Positions 10,704 to 18,209 are shown, counted from the first letter of the stretch. The stretch: DNA of 26,342 nucleotides from Candidatus Parcubacteria bacterium (GCA_039799445.1 JBDLSO010000001.1:1-26342); one strand, 5' to 3'. Numbers and translations are program-made. The notes: generated by a model not told the origin, from the sequence alone.

Positions 10704-12110
10704 TTATTTTTTACTAGCAATGATATCCTGAAAGAGTCCAGGATTGCCTGAACCTTTGCTTTCTTTCATTGATTGCCCGACGAAGAACATCAAGAGTTTG
10801 TCATTGCCAGCTACGTACTCTGCCCACTGAGTAGGATTTGCAGCTATAACACTATTCACAATCGCTCCAAGCGCATCAACATCGTTCTTTTGTATCAGGT
10901 TATTCTGCTCTGCGTACGTTCGTGGGTCAATATCGTTTTCAAGTAATATTGGTAGCATATCCTTGACTGCGCGCGAAGAAAGCTCCCCAGATAATGCCAT
11001 CTCTACTAACGTAACATAGTTTTCTATGCTCGGTAATTTGTATGTCGCTTCTTTACGAAGTAACCCAAGTATATCCGAAGTCAAATAGTTTGCAGCCAAT
11101 ACGACAAAATCTGTTTTTTGATTGTGCGATACTTTGTCAAAATATGCTGATATTTCTGTCTCGGACAAAAGTACTTCGATGGTTTCTGATTTGATACCGA
11201 TAGCAGCGAGACGACTGCGTTTCTGATTTGGTAACTCCGGCAAATCTTTTTTCATTTGTTCCAAATCAAACATACTGTGCAAGTATAGCTTTGGTAAATC
11301 AGGATCAGGGAAATAGCGATAATCATGCGAGTTTTCTTTCATGCGCTGACTAAATGTCACCTGCTTATTTTCATCCCAACCGCGTGTCTCTTGTACTATT
11401 TCTGCACCTCTGCCACTATCGAGTAATTCAGTATGTCTTTTGTATTCGTACTCAATACATTTCTCTACTGTTTTGAATGAGTTCAGATTTTTAATTTCGA
11501 CTTTGGTGCCTAGCTTGTTTGGATCTTTTGATACAGAAAAATTAACTTCGACACGCATTTGCCCCATTTCCATATTGGCATCAGATGCATCAAGTGCGCG
11601 CAGTATCATTTGAAGCTCACGCCCAAAACGACCAGCCTGCTCGGCGCTATGTATACACGCCTCGGTCACCAACTCCATCAGAGGTACTCCCGCACGATTA
11701 AAATCGACAAGAGTGAAAGGTCCCTGATCGTGTAGCGATTTTGCCGTATCTTCTTCCAAATGCACTCGAGTGATATCTACTCCAGATAGATTGCCTCCAG
11801 AGACAATAGGGAATTTGTATTGACTGATTTGATAGCCCTTTGGAATATCTGGGTAAAAATAATTTTTTCGATCAAACTCTGTAAAATCTGCTATATCTGC
11901 ACCGAGTGCAAGTCCTACTTGTACTACTTTTCGTATTGCCTCAAGATTGGCAACGGGCAACGTACCAGGTTCTGCCATACATACTGGGCAAATGAGTGTA
12001 TTTGGTGCTGCGTTATAAGGGTCATTTGCACAACCACACCACATTTTTGATTTAGTTTTAAGCTCGGCATGTATTTCAAGTCCGATAGTTATTTTGTATT
12101 CAGTACTCAT
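10704..12110 (-). CDS. gatB: Asp-tRNA(Asn)/Glu-tRNA(Gln) amidotransferase subunit B (468 aa)
   Basis: IGLEIHAEL, CPVCMAEPGTLP, FDRKNYFYPDIPKGYQISQ, RVHLEED, DFNRAGVPLME, VEIKNLNSF, DYRYFPDPDLP. Start set to MSTEYKITIG (12110), not the ORF-track 12158, because the family motif begins right there. Confidence 0.97.
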   Translation of the reverse strand: MSTEYKITIGLEIHAELKTKSKMWCGCANDPYNAAPNTLICPVCMAEPGTLPVANLEAIRKVVQVGLALGADIADFTEFDRKNYFYPDIPKGYQISQYKFPIVSGGNLSGVDITRVHLEEDTAKSLHDQGPFTLVDFNRAGVPLMELVTEACIHSAEQAGRFGRELQMILRALDASDANMEMGQMRVEVNFSVSKDPNKLGTKVEIKNLNSFKTVEKCIEYEYKRHTELLDSGRGAEIVQETRGWDENKQVTFSQRMKENSHDYRYFPDPDLPKLYLHSMFDLEQMKKDLPELPNQKRSRLAAIGIKSETIEVLLSETEISAYFDKVSHNQKTDFVVLAANYLTSDILGLLRKEATYKLPSIENYVTLVEMALSGELSSRAVKDMLPILLENDIDPRTYAEQNNLIQKNDVDALGAIVNSVIAANPTQWAEYVAGNDKLLMFFVGQSMKESKGSGNPGLFQDIIASKK

Positions 12111-12116
12111 GTATAC

Positions 12117-12125
12117 AGTATAGCA
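12117..12125 (-). promoter_or_regulatory. Extended -10 promoter for gatB (probably leaderless)
   Basis: Minus strand reads TGCTATACT-gtatac-ATG (6-nt gap). Confidence 0.7.
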
Positions 12126-12149
12126 TTTCAGATAGTTTTTTACAGCCCT

Positions 12150-12177
12150 TTGATACATGAAAAAACTACGCTATACT
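12150..12177 (+). promoter_or_regulatory. Sigma70-like promoter for gap, back-to-back with the gatB promoter
   Basis: TTGATA (12150-12155), 16 bp, TATACT (12172-12177), 22 nt before the gap ATG. Confidence 0.6.
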
Positions 12178-12199
12178 ATACGGTATAAATATATATTAT

Positions 12200-13243
12200 A
12201 TGGAACAACAGAAAAAAATTCGTGTCGCAATAAATGGTTTTGGCCGCATCGGAAGAGCTTTCTTTCGTATCGCACAGAATCATCCAGAGCTTGAAATAGT
12301 AGCACTCAATGACCTTGGAGATATCAAAAATCTAGCATATTTACTCAAACACGATACAGTATACAAAACAGCAGAGTTTTCGGTAGAAGCAATTGAAGGA
12401 GAAAAGGCTTCAATACGAGTAAATGGTCGTGACATTCGTTTCATAAGTCAACGCGAGCCGACATTACTTCCTTGGAACGAGCTTGATATAGATGTTGTTA
12501 TCGAGTGCACTGGACTTTTCACTGCATATGACAAAGCACAAGTACATATAAATGCTGGTGCAAAACGAGTTGTTATCTCGGCACCTGCCAAGGAGGGGGA
12601 TGATACTACTGTGCATGGCGAAACAATACTTATGGGAGTGAACGAAGACAAGTTTGGTACTTGCCAGATAACTTCAAACGCTTCTTGCACGACAAACGCT
12701 GCAAGTCCACTTATTGGTATACTCGATGCTGCTGTTGGTGTTGAAAAGGCAGTACTCTCTACCACGCACGCATATACTGCATCGCAGTCAATAGTAGACG
12801 GACCCAACAAAAAAGATTTCAGAGAGGGGAGAGCAGCTGCACAAAATATAGTACCATCGTCAACTGGTGCAGCTATTGCAGTCACCAAAGCATATCCGTC
12901 GTTGATTGGGCTATTTGACGGTATCTCGCTACGTGTCCCTGTACCAGCTGGATCTATTGTCGATGTAACCTTCATCTCAAAGAGACCAACTTCAAAAGAA
13001 GAGATTAATGATATTTTAATGAAGGCGTCGCAGTCGGCAGAATGGAAACACATTTTTGGTGCAACATATGAGCCGCTTGTGTCTAGCGATATTCAAGGTG
13101 CAGATAAAGCATCTATCGCAGATCTTGAAATGACTCGCGTTGTTGGTGGTAACTTGGTAAAAGTACTCGCATGGTATGACAATGAATATTCATATACGCA
13201 TACACTTGTAGCACATGCTATTAAGACAGGGCAAAGTATTTAG
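12200..13243 (+). CDS. gap: Type I glyceraldehyde-3-phosphate dehydrogenase
   Basis: INGFGRIGR, LNDL, VIECTG, catalytic ASCTTN, GRAAAQNIVPSSTGAA, WYDNE. Confidence 0.98.
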   Translation: MEQQKKIRVAINGFGRIGRAFFRIAQNHPELEIVALNDLGDIKNLAYLLKHDTVYKTAEFSVEAIEGEKASIRVNGRDIRFISQREPTLLPWNELDIDVVIECTGLFTAYDKAQVHINAGAKRVVISAPAKEGDDTTVHGETILMGVNEDKFGTCQITSNASCTTNAASPLIGILDAAVGVEKAVLSTTHAYTASQSIVDGPNKKDFREGRAAAQNIVPSSTGAAIAVTKAYPSLIGLFDGISLRVPVPAGSIVDVTFISKRPTSKEEINDILMKASQSAEWKHIFGATYEPLVSSDIQGADKASIADLEMTRVVGGNLVKVLAWYDNEYSYTHTLVAHAIKTGQSI

Positions 13244-13261
13244 TTGCAAACAACTAAATAC
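13236..13261. other. 11-bp hairpin overlapping the gap stop codon
   Basis: gtatttagttg-caaa-caactaaatac is a perfect inverted repeat containing the TAG at 13241-13243. Confidence 0.5.
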
Positions 13262-13288
13262 CGAATAGGGGATGTAGAATTTTGAATT

Positions 13289-13320
13289 AAAGAGCGGCGC
13301 ACTTCGTGCGCCGTTCTTTT
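13289..13320 (+). terminator. Intrinsic terminator for gap
   Basis: aaagagcggcgcac-ttc-gtgcgccgttcttt GC-rich stem (one G-U pair) ending in a T run. Confidence 0.8.
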
Positions 13321-13330
13321 GCTCACATAT

Positions 13331-13378
13331 CAAATAAAAGAAAACCCACCCATGAGGACGGATTTCCTCGGGTGGGTT
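13331..13378 (-). terminator. Intrinsic terminator for the small minus-strand ORF
   Basis: aacccaccc(at)gagga-cggatt-tcctc-gggtgggtt hairpin with a 2-nt bulge, followed on the minus strand by TTTTCTTTTATTT. Begins at the ORF stop codon. Confidence 0.75.
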
Positions 13379-13580
13379 ATTTTGGTGCAAGATTTTCTCT
13401 CACTACATTTTTGATGTATTTAGTTAGACTGAAGCAGAACAGAAGTGCACACAACGCTGCTATTACTTCATCTCCATCTGAGGCAGAAAGTGCCATAAAG
13501 CAACAATACCATGCTGCTAGCGTTGCCCACACAGATGAGCTTTCCCATAGCACTTTCTGCAAGTGCAAAATTTTCTTCAT
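13377..13580 (-). CDS. Small orphan membrane protein, 67 aa, two predicted TM helices
   Basis: MKKILHLQK...SVWATLAAWYCCFMALSA-SDGDE-VIAALCALLFCFSLTKYIK...APK. Flanked by a near-consensus promoter and its own terminator; GGGG ends 7 nt before the ATG. Alternative start at 13598. Confidence 0.65.
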   Translation of the reverse strand: MKKILHLQKVLWESSSVWATLAAWYCCFMALSASDGDEVIAALCALLFCFSLTKYIKNVVRENLAPK

Positions 13581-13628
13581 TTTTTTTCCCCGAACCATTG
13601 GGTCACACGATATGAACCCTTCTGTAAT

Positions 13629-13657
13629 AGTATATCACTTATATATACTATTGTCAA
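13629..13657 (-). promoter_or_regulatory. Near-consensus sigma70 promoter driving the small minus-strand ORF
   Basis: Minus strand reads TTGACA (13657-13652), 17 bp, TATACT (13634-13629), with extended -10 TG. Confidence 0.85.
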
Positions 13658-13683
13658 GTCTTTTCTCTTACACTTATACAGAG

Positions 13684-13689
13684 TACACT
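13684..13689 (+). promoter_or_regulatory. Possible -10 box for leaderless rpiB
   Basis: TACACT-atatac-ATG has the same 6-nt geometry as the TGCTATACT boxes but lacks the TG extension. Confidence 0.4.
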
Positions 13690-13695
13690 ATATAC

Positions 13696-14157
13696 ATGAA
13701 TATATATATTTCTTCCGACCATGCAGGCTTTGAACTCAAAAATACACTTGTAGATTTCATTTCATCACTTGGACACACACCGATAGATATGGGACCAGAG
13801 ACACTTATTGAAAGTGACGACTATCCAGATCTCATTGCACCACTTGCTGCACATATCTCAAAAAAAGCCTCTCAAGGCGTACACGAGTTTGGTATCATTT
13901 TGGGTGGCTCTGGACAAGGAGAGGCTATGGTCGCCAACAGATTTGCTGGCGTGCGTGCGGGGGTGCTCAGTTGTGATACATTAGAGCTAGTTGTGCTGTT
14001 GAGAGAACACAATGACGCCAATATTTTGTCACTTGGTGCACGCTTTATTTCAGAAGAGACAGCCAAACGAGCAGTACAATTATTTATAGAAACTCCTTTT
14101 TCTCATGACGAGAGACATACGAGACGTATCAAAGAGATAGATATGGAGTGTGCCTAA
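13696..14157 (+). CDS. rpiB: Ribose-5-phosphate isomerase B (153 aa)
   Basis: SDHAGFELK, GGSGQGE, ANR, HNDANILSLG, RH.RRI. The ORF-track start at 13306 crosses terminators and the opposite-strand gene; family homology starts at MNIYISSDHAG (13696). Confidence 0.93.
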   Translation: MNIYISSDHAGFELKNTLVDFISSLGHTPIDMGPETLIESDDYPDLIAPLAAHISKKASQGVHEFGIILGGSGQGEAMVANRFAGVRAGVLSCDTLELVVLLREHNDANILSLGARFISEETAKRAVQLFIETPFSHDERHTRRIKEIDMECA

Positions 14158-14175
14158 TCCTTTTGTGCGAATTTT

Positions 14176-14204
14176 TTGAAATTGATTGTTCTCGGGAATA
14201 GAAT
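14176..14204 (+). promoter_or_regulatory. Candidate sigma70 promoter for rpe
   Basis: TTGAAA (14176-14181), 17 bp, TAGAAT (14199-14204). Confidence 0.55.
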
Positions 14205-14281
14205 GCATGCAAACCCTACTACAAACAAACAATGACTCTATATTCTTTACAAAATACTACTTACTAGATTGTCCAATACAT

Positions 14282-14995
14282 ATGGAAGAACATACTACAT
14301 ACAATAAAATAGAATTTATACCAGCAGTACTTACTACTGACTTCCTGAAAATAAGCGAACTCGTATTACGTACTGGTAAAGCTAGCAAATGGATACAAAT
14401 AGATATATGCGATGGTGTATTTGTATCGACAGAAACCTGGCCATATGTACGTAAAGTACTACCAGTATTCAATGATGATTTTGAGCTGCCGAGTTGGGAC
14501 ACAATGAATTACGAAGCGGATTTGATGATTGCGAATCCAAGCCAGCATATAGACAATCTCAAAAATATAGGATTTAGTCGCGCGGTGATACATATAGGAA
14601 GTGAATCGGTAGCAAATCTACTGATTGCTGCTACGAAGCTTACTTCATATGATATTGAAGTTGGTGTGGGTATCAGTGTACATTCAGAACAATCCGAAGC
14701 TATAGAATTTTTGAAATCACTTGTTGATACAAATATCCCTCACTATATACAGATAATGGGAATAGAGAACCTAGGCGTGCAAGGACAGCCATTTTCAGAC
14801 CAATGCACAAAGCTCGTAGATACATACAAATCACTGTACCCAAACACTGTTATACAGATAGATGGCGCTGTGAACGAAAGCAATATCAAAGAGTTATATG
14901 ACGCTGGCGCAGATAGTTTTGTGCTTGGTTCATACCTATCGGGCTATGGAAGTGTATCCGATAAAATACAGACGCTAAAAAATTTGCTATACTAA
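14282..14995 (+). CDS. rpe: Ribulose-phosphate 3-epimerase family protein (divergent metal site)
   Basis: IPAVL, QIDICDGVFV, EADLMIANP, QIMGI...G.QGQPF, IQIDGAVN, GAD.FVLGS, in an rpiB/transketolase context. Start taken as MEEHTT (14282). Confidence 0.88.
   Translation: MEEHTTYNKIEFIPAVLTTDFLKISELVLRTGKASKWIQIDICDGVFVSTETWPYVRKVLPVFNDDFELPSWDTMNYEADLMIANPSQHIDNLKNIGFSRAVIHIGSESVANLLIAATKLTSYDIEVGVGISVHSEQSEAIEFLKSLVDTNIPHYIQIMGIENLGVQGQPFSDQCTKLVDTYKSLYPNTVIQIDGAVNESNIKELYDAGADSFVLGSYLSGYGSVSDKIQTLKNLLY
14985..14993 (+). promoter_or_regulatory. Extended -10 box embedded in the last codons of rpe, ahead of the transketolase N-half
   Basis: TGCTATACT-aatact-ATG(15000), formed by rpe codons ttg cta tac taa. 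Confidence 0.6.
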
Positions 14996-14999
14996 TACT

Positions 15000-15857
15000 A
15001 TGTTATTACCAGAAAAAGAATTATACATCACCGATAAAGCGTCACAGATACGTCAATCAATTATTGAAATGCTAGTTGAGGCAAAGTCAGGCCACACGGC
15101 AGGACCACTCGGTATGGCAGATGTGTTTGCGACATTATATTTTGATGTATTAAAGCATAAACCAACAGATCCAACTTGGTCAGAACGTGATCGAGTCATT
15201 TTGTCCAATGGACATATTTGCCCGGTTCTATATGCAACTATGGCACATAGTGGTTATTTTGATACATCTGAATTGCTTACATTACGCAAATTTGGGAGCA
15301 GGCTTCAAGGTCATCCACATCGCGAATGGCTACCAATGCTTGAAACATCGAGTGGGCCACTAGGGAGCGGACTTTCTCAAGCGATTGGTATGGCTCTCGC
15401 CGAGAGGATAGACAATGGACGTAGTAGTGATAAAAAGTTCTATTGTTTTATGGGAGATGGTGAACTCAACGAAGGTCAGGTTTGGGAAGCTTTTATGCAG
15501 GGAGGAAAAGAGAAGTTGCAAAATCTTACTGTTATTATAGACAGAAACAATATACAAATAGATGGATTCACAGAGGATATAATGCCACTTGAACCCCTCA
15601 AAGATAAATTCGAAAGTTTTGGCTGGCATGTAATAGAAGTAGATGGTCACAATATTGATGATATACAAAGGGGTTTTCGTACCGCACATGCAGTCTTTGA
15701 AAAACCGTCAATACTACTAGCTCATACTATACCAGGCAAAGGGGTAGAGGAATTCCAGAAAAATTATAAATGGCATGGTATGCCACCAAACAAAGAACAG
15801 GGAGCATTGGCATTGCAGGAATTACGAAGTATGAACGGAATCTTAGATATCGACTAA
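15000..15857 (+). CDS. tkt: Transketolase, N-terminal (TPP-binding) subunit
   Basis: SGHTAG.LG, RDRVILSNGH, GSRLQGHP, SSGPLGSG, TPP motif GDGELNEG...DRNNIQIDG, HTIPGKG, WHG. Confidence 0.95.
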   Translation: MLLPEKELYITDKASQIRQSIIEMLVEAKSGHTAGPLGMADVFATLYFDVLKHKPTDPTWSERDRVILSNGHICPVLYATMAHSGYFDTSELLTLRKFGSRLQGHPHREWLPMLETSSGPLGSGLSQAIGMALAERIDNGRSSDKKFYCFMGDGELNEGQVWEAFMQGGKEKLQNLTVIIDRNNIQIDGFTEDIMPLEPLKDKFESFGWHVIEVDGHNIDDIQRGFRTAHAVFEKPSILLAHTIPGKGVEEFQKNYKWHGMPPNKEQGALALQELRSMNGILDID

Positions 15858-15913
15858 ATACTGCAACTATATTATACTAATACATATACATTAGAATATA
15901 CATTATTTACAAT

Positions 15914-16162
15914 ATGAAAAATAAAAATATAATAAAAAACTCACTCATTATACTCTTTGCGCTTGTGTTATTGGCTGCCTTTCTATATTCAAAACTAGCA
16001 GAAAATGCAACTATCACAAAAACGCCTTCTTCAGACGCACGCACAGATATAAGTACAGCACCTGTATCAAATGATATAGCAGCGCCAAGCACACCAAGTT
16101 CTGATGTACTGACTCCAAAACTTAATTCAGGAACAACTCTTCCAGAACCAAAAAGAAATTAA
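15914..16162 (+). CDS. Hypothetical 82-aa membrane-anchored or exported S/T/P-rich protein
   Basis: Basic N-terminus, hydrophobic helix LIILFALVLLAAFLY, low-complexity tail with TPSSD twice; 3 nt before the next ORF. Confidence 0.7.
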   Translation: MKNKNIIKNSLIILFALVLLAAFLYSKLAENATITKTPSSDARTDISTAPVSNDIAAPSTPSSDVLTPKLNSGTTLPEPKRN

Positions 16163-16165
16163 TAT

Positions 16166-16621
16166 ATGAGATTATTTTCAGTGATCAATATAATAGTTGC
16201 AACTGGGCTTATTGGTGCATTTCTATTCGTAGGTCTCCCAGAAATTGCAAAAATTCATCCAGGTAGTCCAAATACTCATGCGAATACAAAAGTAAATGTA
16301 GAACAAAATGTACCAGAAGTAGCTAGCGAGGAACAAATTTTACTAGATAAATGCAACAGCTATGCGGCTTCGCAAGCATTTGCAAATACCACTGAGCTCA
16401 ATAACTTCATCGCTAGTTGCATAGCAGGAAATGAAACTGCAAAAATAAATGTGATACAAGCACCGTCTAACACTACTGACGTGGCTACATCAAGCATCAG
16501 TTCACCTCGTTTGTCTGCACAAGAATTGCAAGTGAAGTGTAATGAATTTATGTCCAGAGCAAAATTCGAATCAGAGAATGCAGCTGCAGCATTTCTTACA
16601 AATTGTTTAGCAGGAAAATAA
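16166..16621 (+). CDS. Hypothetical 151-aa exported protein with two C-x21-C modules
   Basis: N-terminal hydrophobic helix, two similar Cys-pair repeats, 3-nt and 4-nt gaps to its neighbours. Confidence 0.78.
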   Translation: MRLFSVINIIVATGLIGAFLFVGLPEIAKIHPGSPNTHANTKVNVEQNVPEVASEEQILLDKCNSYAASQAFANTTELNNFIASCIAGNETAKINVIQAPSNTTDVATSSISSPRLSAQELQVKCNEFMSRAKFESENAAAAFLTNCLAGK

Positions 16622-16625
16622 TACA

Positions 16626-17606
16626 ATGAATTTAAATGTACAATTATTGAGCAAAGATATAGAACAAGTTCCGATCCGAAATGGATTTGGCGAAGGATTA
16701 CTTCTGCTTGGTCAAAGCGATGAACGCATAGTTGCACTGTGTGCTGATTTGACTGAATCTACCAAAACAGATGCCTTTGCAAAAGCATTTCCAAATAGAT
16801 TTATCGAAATGGGTATCGCCGAACAATCCATGGCAAGTGTTGCTAGCGGTATGGCCGCAATGGGTAAAATACCATTTATAACTTCGTATGCAATGTTTAA
16901 TCCGGGCAGAAATTGGGAACAAATACGAACAACAATTTGCTATAACAATGTACCAGTCAAAATAGTCGGGGCTCATGCCGGTGTTTCCGTTGGACCAGAT
17001 GGTGGTACACATCAAGCAATAGAAGATATTGCTCTTATGCGTGTAGTGCCGCGTATGGTAGTGATAGTTCCATGCGATGCTATTGAAGCCCGAAAAGCAA
17101 CAATAGCTATCGGCAAAACCAATGACCCAACATATATAAGGCTTGCGCGTGAAAAAAGTGGAGTTATAACAACAGAAGAAACACCATTTGAAATAGGAAA
17201 GGCTCAAATATTTCATGAATCACCACTGTCTGGAGAAAAGAAAATAGGTATCATTGCATGTGGTCAACTTGTACATACCGCACTTCTAGCTGCTGCTGAA
17301 TTAGAAAAAGAGGGTGTAGAGGTTGGTGTTATGAATTTAGCTACAATCAAGCCGCTAGACACAGCTGCTGTGATTTCGTTTGCACAGAAGTATGGTCGCG
17401 TACTAACGGCAGAAGAGCATCAGGTCGCAGGTGGCATGGGTTCAGCAGTTGCAGAAGTATTGGCTGAGAATTATCCAGTACCTATGTCATTTGTAGGTAT
17501 TAGAGATGAATTCGGTCAATCAGGTACACCAAGTGAGCTGATGACACATTTCAAAATAGATTTTTCTGGAGTGCTAGAACAAGCTCAAATATTGCTCAAT
17601 AAATAA
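16626..17606 (+). CDS. tkt: Transketolase, C-terminal (pyrimidine-binding) subunit
   Basis: R.GFGEGL, ADLTEST, RFIEMGIAEQ, EQIR, HAGVSVGPDGGTHQ, PTYIRL.R, TIKPLD, EEHQ..GGMG, FGQSG. Confidence 0.95.
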   Translation: MNLNVQLLSKDIEQVPIRNGFGEGLLLLGQSDERIVALCADLTESTKTDAFAKAFPNRFIEMGIAEQSMASVASGMAAMGKIPFITSYAMFNPGRNWEQIRTTICYNNVPVKIVGAHAGVSVGPDGGTHQAIEDIALMRVVPRMVVIVPCDAIEARKATIAIGKTNDPTYIRLAREKSGVITTEETPFEIGKAQIFHESPLSGEKKIGIIACGQLVHTALLAAAELEKEGVEVGVMNLATIKPLDTAAVISFAQKYGRVLTAEEHQVAGGMGSAVAEVLAENYPVPMSFVGIRDEFGQSGTPSELMTHFKIDFSGVLEQAQILLNK

Positions 17607-17608
17607 TT

Positions 17609-18208
17609 ATGAAAAAAGAAGAATTAGAAGAGTTGTTTAGAGATGGTAAGATTACAGAGATTGTTGAAGAGGTCAAAAAATACCTTGATACAGGTGTAAT
17701 TGAATATGATACTATTCTCAATTATTTACTGGTAATAGAACAAAATATCTACCAGTATTTTGGAACTGATTTGGACTATCTGTTGGATAGACTCTATAGC
17801 GTGGGATATACTTATTTTCCTCAACTAACAAAAAAATACATTGATTACCTTCAAAACAAAAAGCAGGATACGATAACAGCATTTAATATTGTTAAAAAAG
17901 ACAAAGAAATAAAAGAAAAAATCGGACCTTATTTATATTATCTAATACTAAGTGATGGATATGAGTTTGAAAAAAAATACAAAATTGCTCTTGACTGCTT
18001 AAAAGCTGGTTCTGAACAGTCAACAATTTTATGGCAGAAGGAGTTCTTTGAGATGAATATTAAAAGACTAAAAAATAAAAATAATATCTTCTTGAAGATA
18101 TCAGATGAGCTAACAATTTATGCAAATTTTATTCTGTGGATTATACTTATTTTACTCATACCGTATTTTGGAAGTATTCTAATTAAAATAATTTTTAATA
18201 TCCAATAA
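17609..18208 (+). CDS. Hypothetical low-GC protein (199 aa) with a C-terminal TM helix
   Basis: Open frame filling the space between tkt-C and mraY (2-nt and 1-nt gaps); C-terminal hydrophobic stretch FILWIILILLIPYFGSILIKIIF; no family recognised. Confidence 0.75.
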   Translation: MKKEELEELFRDGKITEIVEEVKKYLDTGVIEYDTILNYLLVIEQNIYQYFGTDLDYLLDRLYSVGYTYFPQLTKKYIDYLQNKKQDTITAFNIVKKDKEIKEKIGPYLYYLILSDGYEFEKKYKIALDCLKAGSEQSTILWQKEFFEMNIKRLKNKNNIFLKISDELTIYANFILWIILILLIPYFGSILIKIIFNIQ

Positions 18209-18209
18209 T

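Noticed and set aside
12111-12158. 16-aa extension of GatB in the ORF track
   Set aside because: Spans the TGCTATACT promoter; the family motif starts at 12110.
13377-13657. Calling the small membrane gene a type I toxin-antitoxin system
   Set aside because: No antisense promoter or antitoxin RNA could be identified; kept only as an orphan cassette.
13306-13695. 130-aa N-terminal extension of RpiB in the ORF track
   Set aside because: Crosses terminators, the opposite-strand gene and its promoter; homology starts at 13696.
14232-14267. 11-codon upstream ORF (MTLYSLQNTTTY*) in the rpe leader
   Set aside because: No attenuator structure or initiation signal; expected by chance in AT-rich DNA.
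15884-15905. 10-bp direct repeat atatacatta, 12 bp apart
   Set aside because: Low-complexity AT-rich spacer; cannot be told from chance without conservation data.
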